DNA of 56,735 nt from an uncultured Anaerolineales bacterium. Lineage in GTDB: Bacteria > Chloroflexota > Anaerolineae > B4-G1. Under the pieces are notes generated by a model. The model saw only the letters and a program-made list of their open reading frames with translations. It was not told the DNA's origin and did not search any database. Of the stretch, positions 49,273 to 56,735 are shown one piece after another. A program made the position numbers and the translations under genes. Position 1 is the stretch's first letter. Every line of letters starts with the position of its first letter. The DNA lies in the NCBI GenBank assembly GCA_964653285.1, contig CAZZEX010000021.1:1-56735 (forward strand), written 5' to 3'.

Positions 49273-49605
49273 ATGGACGCGACAACGCTTGAGCCGGAAG
49301 TTCTGGATCGCATTTTTCACTCCCTCTCCCCCGATGATCGGGCGGAGATTCTCAGTGTCGAAGCGGCATTTCGCCGTTTGAGCCTGCAGAAGCGACTGGC
49401 TCTGGCTCAGAGCAAGGTGCAAGCCTTCGAGGCCAAGTATCACACTACTCTTGACCAGCTTGAAGCCGATGGGCTGCTCGACGATGCTGGCTATGCCATG
49501 CACGAAGACTACGTCGAGTGGCACTATTGGTCACGGGTGTTGGAGCAGGCCTGGAAGACGTTGGACGCTCTGGTTGCGATCTCTCCAGCGCCGGAGCCAG
49601 CGTAA
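49273..49605 (+). CDS. Acidic helical protein, the first gene of a three-gene PIN module. Possible antitoxin/accessory.
   Basis: 110 aa, coiled-coil-like. Stop overlaps the PIN start (TAATG). Confidence 0.45.
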   Translation: MDATTLEPEVLDRIFHSLSPDDRAEILSVEAAFRRLSLQKRLALAQSKVQAFEAKYHTTLDQLEADGLLDDAGYAMHEDYVEWHYWSRVLEQAWKTLDALVAISPAPEPA

Positions 49606-50060
49606 TGAGCAATCAGAGCCGGCGCGTCTATTTGGATGTCTGTGCATTGTGCCGTCCTTTTGACGATCAGAGTCAGATCCGTATCCGCCTGGAGACCGAG
49701 GCTGTGCAGTTGATCCTCAGTCACGTCCGGACGGGGAATCTGAGTTTGGTCGTCTCGCCGGTTCACGATGCTGAAATTGCTCCCATTGATGACCTGGCCG
49801 AACGGACACATCTCCAGGTGATGCTCCAGCAAATCGGCCATCGCATCCCTGTGGACCTTACGCAGGCCAGGCAGCGTGCCGAGGCCCTGGTGCAACAGGG
49901 ACTTGGGCCCGCCGACGCAGCTCACCTGGCTTGCGCCGAGCAGGTGAGGGCCGATTCCGTGACCTGTGACGACTGGCTTATTCGTCAGTGTCGGCGGGTC
50001 AAACCGGGCATCTGGTTCGGCACGCCGATTGCGTTCTGTGATAAGGAGAACCTGCGATGA
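49605..50060 (+). CDS. PIN-domain (VapC-like) ribonuclease.
   Basis: RVYLDVCALCRPFDD (first acidic residue), ...VSPVHDAEI..., D-rich C-terminus (DAAHLACAE). 151 aa. Confidence 0.75.
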   Translation: MSNQSRRVYLDVCALCRPFDDQSQIRIRLETEAVQLILSHVRTGNLSLVVSPVHDAEIAPIDDLAERTHLQVMLQQIGHRIPVDLTQARQRAEALVQQGLGPADAAHLACAEQVRADSVTCDDWLIRQCRRVKPGIWFGTPIAFCDKENLR

Positions 50061-50284
50061 AGGCTCAGATTTACCTCCCAGAAGATGTGATGGTGCGACG
50101 CGCTTTGGAAGCATTAATGAATGCCCTCGGACCGGTTGAGATGACTCGTTTTCTCACTCTCCCCCGGCAACGGCGGTTGGATGCGGTTCAACGGCACCGC
50201 CAATGGCAGGCCGGTTTGGACAAAGACCGGTTTTTTGACCAAGTTTTCGGTGCGGCCGTCACTGAGCAGCCCTCTGAGGAGTAA
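50057..50284 (+). CDS. Ribbon-helix-helix (CopG-like) small protein, probable antitoxin partner of the PIN gene.
   Basis: MKAQIYLPEDVMVRRALEAL... has the typical RHH beta-strand plus helix N-terminus. Start overlaps the PIN stop (ATGA). Confidence 0.5.
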   Translation: MKAQIYLPEDVMVRRALEALMNALGPVEMTRFLTLPRQRRLDAVQRHRQWQAGLDKDRFFDQVFGAAVTEQPSEE

Positions 50285-50427
50285 ACTCTTCTCCCCCGCT
50301 GACCCCACCTTCGCCGCATCACTCCCCACCCCACTGCGGCCAGTACCAGGGATACCACGAGTCGGGGATGGATGAGACCTCCACCGGCTCACCGCTGCTG
50401 CCGTCCCGCCCATCAGTCAGACGTGGA

Positions 50428-51063
50428 CTATGGCAGCGGCAGGTCCGTGATGTCCCACACCTTGAGGTTGTCGAAGTACACCCGCAGCGTGGTTTTGTCA
50501 ACGCCACTGTGAACCGCCAGTGAAATCCTGCCTCTGCTCGACGATTCGTCATGGACGAACCACAACGGCTCTCTGTTCATGTAGACCGCAATCCGAGGGC
50601 TCTGAGCAATGATCGTCAAATGGTTTGTTCCCAATCCCTGCTCGAAGGTAGAGGCATACACTGAATATCCCACCAAGTCTGTAATGACCCCACCGACGTT
50701 GCTGTGTAGGTTGAAGGAGCCATCAGGTAGGAAGTTCAAGTTGTAACCGGCGTTACTAGGATCTTCGAGAGTTCCCGGTACATCACGAAAACACACTTCC
50801 CAGCTACCCCATTCGCCGGAGGCGAACTGTGCATCTACCTCCAGGACGAAATCGGAGAACCACAGTGCGCGGCCTGGTGTGGCACCAACGTTCTCATCGG
50901 CTTGCGCTGCTAAGATAAAGTAAGCATCGTCTTCGTAGCCCCATTCGTCTCCATCGGCGTCTGACCCGGTGGGCCACCCGCTCCCTGGATCGCTGAAGTC
51001 ATCCTCGTAATCCGGTGGCCTATCGGCGATGGCGGCCAGGATGGGCTCGGCGAAGGCGCGGGC
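50428..51063 (-). other. In-frame continuation of the Ser/Thr kinase gene past a TAG codon (212 codons, DUF1080/LamG-like jelly-roll domain). Pseudogene segment, sequencing error or stop-codon readthrough.
   Basis: Translating the minus strand from 51063 gives ARAFAEPILAAIADRPPDYEDDFSDPGSGW...GRISLAVHSGVDKTTLRVYFDNLKVWDI with no stop until 50428. No ATG start lies in this stretch; the table ORF uses an internal GTG. Confidence 0.5.
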
Positions 51064-54015
51064 CTAGTCGGCGAGGGAAGAAGCAGTGGGCGCTATGCCG
51101 GTGTCGAGGATCAGGAGTTGAGTGCCGTTGGCCACCAGCACCTCCAGGGCAGGATCGCTGTCCAGGTTTGCCGCCGCCAGGCCGAAGCCACCTTCGTTGT
51201 GGATGGAGTCCAGGGGGTAACCCCATAGCAGGTTGTTGGATCCATCCACGGCGTCCACGGAATAAGGGGGCTCTATCCCATAAAACCGGATTGTGCCCGC
51301 CACGATGTCATCTACTCCATCCCCATTCACATCGCCCACCGCGTGAACGCCGCTGCGGGTTCTGGACCACAGCTCCTCTCCTGTGTTTCCTTTGACCACG
51401 TGAAGGTCACCCGCGAAGGCGGAACTGAATACCACCTCGGTCTGGCCGTCGCCGTTCACATCGCTGGCTGAAACAGAGTCTCCTCCCCGGCTGGTAGCCC
51501 ACTCCTGGCTGCCGCTTGGGTCATAGGAAATGACATTGGCCACCACGGAGACGATTTCGTAAGTCTCGTCATCGTCCACGTCCTCGATGATGACATCCCG
51601 TCCGTGATAACCCTTGGGATGCGACCAGAGGATGCTGCCGGTTGCGCCGTCCAGCAGGAACACCTTGTTGTCATAGTTCTCCACCGCGACCTCCATGTCC
51701 CCATCGCCGTCCACGTCCCGGGCGTCAATGCCCTGGGCATGCCCGCTGCCCAGGGATTGCGACCAGACCCGTTCGCCGGTAGTACCCTCAATGAGGATCA
51801 CCTGCCCGCCACCCCAGGAATACGTGCCCACAGAGGCGACGACATCGGTATCCCCGTCGCCATCTATGTCGCTGTAGGCCAGGTCCACCGCCTCCTCGTA
51901 GTCGCCCAGGGCCTGCCATTTCCTGGTGCCATCCCTGCCCAGGACACAGATGATCGCCTTCCCCTGGCTTGTGGAGTCTCCTTTGCCTGTCCCTACCACA
52001 TCGAGGACGCCGTCATCGTCCACGTCCACCACATCGGCGTTAACGGGTGTGCCCGTCTGGGTGGTGATTCTATAGGACCACAGCTCCTCGCCATTGGCTC
52101 CATTTACGGCGGTCACGTATCCCCCTCCCGTGCCAAAGACCACATCGGGGACACCGTCGTCGTTGAGATCGCCCGTGGTCAGGCCATCGCCCCAGGAGTC
52201 CAGGGACCAGATAACATCTGGGGCAGTGTAGGTCCATTTGACTGTGACGGCAGTGAGCGTCGCCGTTGGGTGCGGGGTGGGCGTATGGGCCGCCGGTGTT
52301 GGTTCAGCAATCGAAGGAGCCAGATCAAGCTTTACGGAATACCAGGCATTTCTCACCCCGGCATATTGGCAGTCATATATCTCCTGAGCGCCTGGCAGTC
52401 CTTCTTTGTCTATATCGCTGCAGTGGAGCCACACGTTACTGTATATGTTGTCGTCGCCGTCCAGGAGCTGCCATTCTATGCCAGGCATCGCCCGGACAGG
52501 GGGATCAAACTCAAAAGTGATCAACCATGAGGCCTTTACCGGCACCTCTGTTCCACTGGGCAGTTCCCTGCTGGTCGCAGTGGATTCTTTATCGCCCAGG
52601 GTCAGCATTAGCTTCGAAGGTCCTGCTTTAACGTGAGTGTAGTAGCTGTCCTCTCTACTGGTCGTTAGATAGAAGGTCACAGCGCTCACGTCACTTTCGG
52701 GGAAGTCCGCTGGCAGATTGCCGTAATGTCGAACTTGACAACCGCAACAAGAGGTTCCCCCTGCCGGCCCATAAAAACCCTCAGTGCGCTCGCCGGAAGA
52801 GGTATAAACCAGCGCGCTCGGGGTTGGGCCAGTCATCGGTGAAGGCGCTGGTGTGGGTGTGACCGAAGCTGTCGCCGTTTCCGTCGGCGTCGCCGTCTCC
52901 TCCACCACCCGCACCACCTCCAGTTGCCCGCCGCTGATCTGTACCTTGAGCGGCACGCGGCTCAGGACGAGGAAGAGGGCCACCAGTGCAGCGATGCCTA
53001 CCGCCACCCACGCGGCCACTCGCCCCCATTTCGCCAGGAGTGGTTTCCGCGCGCGGGCCACTGCCCTTTCGGTTGGCGGCGCGGCTACCTCCGGCACGAC
53101 GGGTTCTACCCTTGCCGCTGGCACCGCCGGCTCAGTCCGCGCTGCCGCCTCCGCCGCCCGCACCGCCCCATCCAGCGCCTGCACCATCTCTCCCGCCGTC
53201 TGGAAGCGGTCGTCGGGCTCCTTGGCCATCGCCCGCAGGATCACCCGCTCCACCTCCTCTGGCAGGTCGGGCCGGATTGAGCGGGGCAGCGGCAGCGGCT
53301 CGGTGATGTGCTTCAGCACCACCGCCAGCGGTGTCTCCGCCTCGTAGGGCGCGTGCCCAGTGACCAGCTCGTACAGCATCACCCCCAGGCTGTAGACGTC
53401 GGTGCGGGAGTCCACTTTGGCTCCCTTGCCCTGCTCGGGGCTCATGTAGGTCGGCGTCCCGATTCCCACCCCCGTGCCGGTCAACTGCACCGACGATTCC
53501 ACCATCTTCGCCAGGCCAAAGTCGGTCAGAAAGGCATCCCCCTCGGCGTCTAGCAGGATGTTGGTCGGCTTCACGTCCCGGTGGATGACCCCCATCCGGT
53601 GGGCGTAGTCCAGCGCGCTGCCCACCTGCCCGATGATGCGGTTGACCTCGCTCAGGGGGAGCGGTCCCTCGACCATCCGGTACTTCAGCGTTCCTGCCTC
53701 CAGGTAGCGCATCACCAGGTAGGGCCTCCCCTCGGCCTCGCCGGAGTCGTAGACGGGGAGGATGTGGGCGTGTTCCAGCCGGGCCACCGCCCGCGCCTCG
53801 CGGCGGAAGCGCCGGAGGAAAGTCTCATCCTGGGCGAAGTGAGACGCGATCACCTTGACCGCCACGTACCGGTCCATCGCCGGCTGGTAGGCTTTGTACA
53901 CCGTCGCCATCCCGCCAGTGCCGATCTGCTCCAGGATGCGATACGGTCCCAGGTGCTGTCCAATCAGGTCATTCATCGTTATACTTATGGTAGCACATTC
54001 TGTTGTCGAAGTCAA
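51064..54015 (-). CDS. Ser/Thr protein kinase (Hanks-type) with one TM helix and an extracellular FG-GAP/VCBS repeat beta-propeller.
   Basis: GTGGMATVYKA, VAVKVI, HRDVKPTNILL, DFGLAK, TM LAKWGRVAAWVAVGIAALVALFLVL, repeated DxDGDGxxD FG-GAP motifs. Ends at TAG 51064-51066, which is followed in-frame by a further 212 codons. Confidence 0.9.
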   Translation of the reverse strand: MTSTTECATISITMNDLIGQHLGPYRILEQIGTGGMATVYKAYQPAMDRYVAVKVIASHFAQDETFLRRFRREARAVARLEHAHILPVYDSGEAEGRPYLVMRYLEAGTLKYRMVEGPLPLSEVNRIIGQVGSALDYAHRMGVIHRDVKPTNILLDAEGDAFLTDFGLAKMVESSVQLTGTGVGIGTPTYMSPEQGKGAKVDSRTDVYSLGVMLYELVTGHAPYEAETPLAVVLKHITEPLPLPRSIRPDLPEEVERVILRAMAKEPDDRFQTAGEMVQALDGAVRAAEAAARTEPAVPAARVEPVVPEVAAPPTERAVARARKPLLAKWGRVAAWVAVGIAALVALFLVLSRVPLKVQISGGQLEVVRVVEETATPTETATASVTPTPAPSPMTGPTPSALVYTSSGERTEGFYGPAGGTSCCGCQVRHYGNLPADFPESDVSAVTFYLTTSREDSYYTHVKAGPSKLMLTLGDKESTATSRELPSGTEVPVKASWLITFEFDPPVRAMPGIEWQLLDGDDNIYSNVWLHCSDIDKEGLPGAQEIYDCQYAGVRNAWYSVKLDLAPSIAEPTPAAHTPTPHPTATLTAVTVKWTYTAPDVIWSLDSWGDGLTTGDLNDDGVPDVVFGTGGGYVTAVNGANGEELWSYRITTQTGTPVNADVVDVDDDGVLDVVGTGKGDSTSQGKAIICVLGRDGTRKWQALGDYEEAVDLAYSDIDGDGDTDVVASVGTYSWGGGQVILIEGTTGERVWSQSLGSGHAQGIDARDVDGDGDMEVAVENYDNKVFLLDGATGSILWSHPKGYHGRDVIIEDVDDDETYEIVSVVANVISYDPSGSQEWATSRGGDSVSASDVNGDGQTEVVFSSAFAGDLHVVKGNTGEELWSRTRSGVHAVGDVNGDGVDDIVAGTIRFYGIEPPYSVDAVDGSNNLLWGYPLDSIHNEGGFGLAAANLDSDPALEVLVANGTQLLILDTGIAPTASSLAD

Positions 54016-54059
54016 CGCCTACGCGCGTGAAACGTGATGCGTGTTGCGTGAGTGGGCAC

Positions 54060-56441
54060 TTAACGCGACGCCGGTGGGGTGGCCCACGGCGGCAAGCGCA
54101 GCGGGAGGCCGGGATGCTCCTCTCCGCTTCGGGGGGGCTGGGGGGGGAGCACGCCCGGCGTTGACCATTGCGCCTCTGAGCCGCTCTCCTCGCCACTTAC
54201 TGGGGATAGCGGCAGGTACAGCGTGTACCCTTGTCCGAAGACGTGCTCGCCCAATCGCTGGGTACAGGTGCTCAGCCGGTTCACCTCTGGCTGGCGCTGC
54301 TGCGCCGGGCAGAACACACGCTGCCAACGGTTGTCCGCCGTCATGCGGTACAGGCCCAGACTGTCCTCATCCAGCCCCATCACATCTGCGTCTGTGTACT
54401 GCCAGGTAACGGTGATTGGAAGGAGCAGAGTCATTAACTCAGACGGGATCGGCTGTCCGTCTCTATACGCGGCCAATGTAAAGGCGGTGACGCCGATCAG
54501 AGGGCCGGGCGGCGACTCGGATGGCAGGCGAGGCGTGAAACGTATCTCCATGGGTCTCGTCACCGTCCCGGCAGGGAATAGGAAGGCCAGGTGGCCGCTG
54601 GCCGAGGTCAGCACGGCAGCGGCATCGGGCTGCAATGTAGTCGTGACGACGACCGGGATCGTCATTTCGACGTAGTTGTTGCCCTCGTCCTGCTCGTCCA
54701 GAACCCCGTCGCTATCTACCTCCAGCGCCAGGCGGTAGATGTCCTCGTTCGGAACGGGCAGAGTCAATTCCTCCACGACAGTCACCTGAGCGCCGGAGCC
54801 GAGGGCCGGGATGGAGAAACGCTGGGCGGGCAGGGTCAGAGTGCCGTGGATGCTGCTCAGGTAAAGTGCGCCAGAAACGGGTAGCGTAGGCCACAACCCC
54901 TCGTTGGTTGTCCTCAGAGTGACGCCTAGCATACCGTCGGGGGTTCCCGGTGAGCGGATGCTCCAGGCCGTCGTCGAAATCAGCAGGTCGGGTCGGGCGT
55001 CCACGGTCACCGTGCAGGTGTTGTTCCAACGGCGCGCGTCGGCCACCGCCTGGGCTGGGTCAGCGATGAGCGACGGATCGTATATCCCAGGTTCAGTGAT
55101 GACGAGCATCGGCACCGGCAGCGGGGCGACGTCCTCCTCGTACCGGGCAGGCACATCCTGGATGAGTTGGAAGCCTGGCAATGGGGAAGTGATGACCACA
55201 CCGGCCGCGGGTACCTGGCCCAGATTGGCGACTGCCCCCGTCACCGGGAGTGTGATGGTCAGCGCATCGTAGGGCACGGTTGGGGTGAGGTGCTTGAGCG
55301 GCTCCGAATTGACCCATAGTTGAGCCGTCAGGTCGATGTAGTCGGCTTGCGTGTCGGTCAGGGCGGCGGTGTAGTCGGCGTAGGTCTGCCCCATTGGGGA
55401 GAGTTCCTTGGAGCCACTGTGAAACAGATAGCCGTTGTAGTACTGATCATCGGACAGGCTGTACCAGGCCCAGGCCTGCACCAGCCGGTAGTCGTCCTCG
55501 GGATAGCCAATGTCCGGATAGGCTTCGTTGAGAAACAGGTCGTAGGTCTGGGTCATAAAGTGGCTCACGCGGGCGGGGGGAAAGGTGCGCCCGTCCTCAT
55601 CCGCGAACCAGTCTGGCCACAGTACCCCGTACTCGCTGATGATCAGCGGTTTATTCTGTCCCCCCTTGTCCTTCATCCACTGGCGCATGGCGATGAAGTG
55701 ATTGCGGAGCACGTCCACGTTGTCGCCGTCGCGGACGGGGTAGTCCATAGCGCAACTGGGATCCACTCCCGGCGGCGTGCTGGCCCCCCAGGAGCCATAC
55801 ACCTCGCGCAGGATAAAGGCGTGCACATTCCACACATCCACCGGCATCGGCTCGCCGTAGGTCTGCTGATACGTGTCCCACACAATGTCCAGGTACTCCA
55901 GCCGGCAGGGGGTGGGCTGGACGATGCCGCCGTTGGCGATGAGAGCGGTGGGGTCCCAACCCTTGATGTAGGTGTAAAAGTCGTGGTAGAGTATGGCATA
56001 GACCTCAGGCAGGATAGGATCGCCCGCGTAGATGGAATCCGGCTCGTTGCTCATAAGCCACAGGGAGCCCGGGTGGGCGGCGGCGATCTGGGCGATGACC
56101 TCCCGGCTGGGGTCCACCGTCACCTGCGCCGGGTCGTGGGGGTCGGCGCCAGCGTGGAAGCGGATCAGTTGCACGTAGGTGAGGCCATCGGGATGGGCTG
56201 GACTGAGGCTGGCGACCCAGTTGCTGTACCATCCGGCGTGGAGCAGGGCGACGTCGTAGCCAGTCAGCGCGCTGCTATCGAAGCCAAAGCGGTCGCGGGG
56301 ATCGGGGTAGGGGGGCAGGAAGTGATGGCCGGAGTGTAGGGTGCGCAACGGGGCCGCTGGAGCGGCGAATGAGAGCAGTGCACCAATGGTCAACAAGAGC
56401 AGCAGACTTAGGAATAGGGGTAACAGTGGTTTTCTCATCAC
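54060..56441 (-). CDS. Secreted glycoside-hydrolase-like protein (clan GH-A-like catalytic region with NEP / SEYG motifs) plus C-terminal CARDB-like beta-sandwich domains.
   Basis: Signal peptide MMRKPLLPLFLSLLLLLTIGAL. ...LWLMSNEPD... and ...LIISEYGVLW... resemble acid/base and nucleophile contexts of GH-A enzymes. C-terminal Ig-like repeats. Confidence 0.55.
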   Translation of the reverse strand: MMRKPLLPLFLSLLLLLTIGALLSFAAPAAPLRTLHSGHHFLPPYPDPRDRFGFDSSALTGYDVALLHAGWYSNWVASLSPAHPDGLTYVQLIRFHAGADPHDPAQVTVDPSREVIAQIAAAHPGSLWLMSNEPDSIYAGDPILPEVYAILYHDFYTYIKGWDPTALIANGGIVQPTPCRLEYLDIVWDTYQQTYGEPMPVDVWNVHAFILREVYGSWGASTPPGVDPSCAMDYPVRDGDNVDVLRNHFIAMRQWMKDKGGQNKPLIISEYGVLWPDWFADEDGRTFPPARVSHFMTQTYDLFLNEAYPDIGYPEDDYRLVQAWAWYSLSDDQYYNGYLFHSGSKELSPMGQTYADYTAALTDTQADYIDLTAQLWVNSEPLKHLTPTVPYDALTITLPVTGAVANLGQVPAAGVVITSPLPGFQLIQDVPARYEEDVAPLPVPMLVITEPGIYDPSLIADPAQAVADARRWNNTCTVTVDARPDLLISTTAWSIRSPGTPDGMLGVTLRTTNEGLWPTLPVSGALYLSSIHGTLTLPAQRFSIPALGSGAQVTVVEELTLPVPNEDIYRLALEVDSDGVLDEQDEGNNYVEMTIPVVVTTTLQPDAAAVLTSASGHLAFLFPAGTVTRPMEIRFTPRLPSESPPGPLIGVTAFTLAAYRDGQPIPSELMTLLLPITVTWQYTDADVMGLDEDSLGLYRMTADNRWQRVFCPAQQRQPEVNRLSTCTQRLGEHVFGQGYTLYLPLSPVSGEESGSEAQWSTPGVLPPQPPRSGEEHPGLPLRLPPWATPPASR

Positions 56442-56562
56442 ATACCATCTCTCGAAGTCGAAACCTTCAGTCGAACAATGAGGGCGCGGCGGGCTTGGGC
56501 CTGAACTCAGTCGAATGGCCGAAGGCCCGCTTCTCTTGTGCTGATGGAAGGGGCGTGCTATA

Positions 56563-56668
56563 CTTTCTGAGCCGGAGCGCAGCGGAGGCGAAGAATCTCA
56601 TTGTTTGCATAGGGAAACGCTTGTTTGCCCGAAACGAGATTCTTCGTCACTTCGCTTCTCAGAATGAC
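56563..56668. repeat. Palindromic dispersed element, copy 3.
   Basis: Left arm TTTCTGAGCCGGAGCGCAGCGGAGGCGAAGAATCTC closely matches the copy 1 left arm. Right arm GAGATTCTTCGTCACTTCGCTTCTCAGAATGAC. Confidence 0.65.
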
Positions 56669-56735
56669 AGGTTATTAAAATCGTATCTTCTCAATATTTC
56701 GGGGCAGTGCTGGATACAAAGGAATTTCTGACAAT

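Noticed and set aside
51064-51066. Genetic recoding of TAG (pyrrolysine or alternative code) in the kinase gene
   Set aside because: All other genes in the window terminate with normal TAG/TGA/TAA usage, several with TAG, and no pyl genes are visible. Pseudogene, sequencing error or rare readthrough is more parsimonious.
54112-54145. G-run segment (CGGGGGGGCTGGGGGGGGAG) in the 3' end of the glycoside hydrolase gene as another palindromic-element copy
   Set aside because: It contains G-runs only, with no complementary C-run. It is not palindromic, so it was not grouped with the CCCCCC/GGGGGG element.

Overview
This is a 56.7-kb high-GC chromosomal segment, probably from a Chloroflexota-type bacterium. 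That guess rests only on gene content: a GxxExxY remnant, many DUF membrane proteins and an FG-GAP Ser/Thr kinase. The window is densely coding on both strands.

Recognisable genes in order:
- A cinA / FAD-oxidoreductase / flippase-like operon.
- rlmB, cysS and a yacL-like PIN/TRAM gene.
- A DUF2270-DUF2179 fusion, an orphan ParA-like ATPase and a GH1 beta-glucosidase with an odd N-terminal extension.
- A NUDIX-GNAT fusion.
- A small polysaccharide locus (UDP-xylose synthase, O-antigen-ligase-like protein, GtrA) flanked by two gene fragments.
- Several DUF membrane proteins, a 1.5-kaa secreted S8 protease and a D-cysteine desulfhydrase-family gene.
- A four-gene operon: zinc-ribbon membrane protein, two paralogous SPFH/band-7 proteins, and a TPR protein.
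- A stand-alone AlaRS catalytic-core paralog immediately upstream of a cytoplasmic multi-GAF histidine kinase and three paralogous receiver proteins with non-DNA-binding C-termini (one pseudo-receiver, one with an EAD-like tail).
- uvrC, a PfkB kinase, a HEAT-repeat protein, yjbQ, uvrD/pcrA and an Eis-like GNAT.
- A small X-PIN-RHH module.
- An FG-GAP Ser/Thr kinase interrupted by one in-frame TAG.
- A secreted glycoside hydrolase.

Structure not explained by the gene calls:
- A roughly 100-bp palindromic element in three intergenic copies.
- A G/C-rich palindrome (CCCCCCTCCAGGGGGG-like) inserted in-frame into uvrC, pfkB and uvrD; a separate imperfect hairpin lies inside the O-antigen ligase.
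- A perfect 418-bp tandem GAF-domain duplication inside the histidine kinase.
- Several short in-frame tandem repeats.
- A GxxExxY pseudogene embedded in a 'cacgaaag' repeat region.

The most likely candidates for a new system are the AlaRS-like / GAF-HK / three-receiver cluster and the ParA plus GH1-with-basic/acidic-N-tail pair. All family assignments come from reading the translated ORFs, not from database searches.
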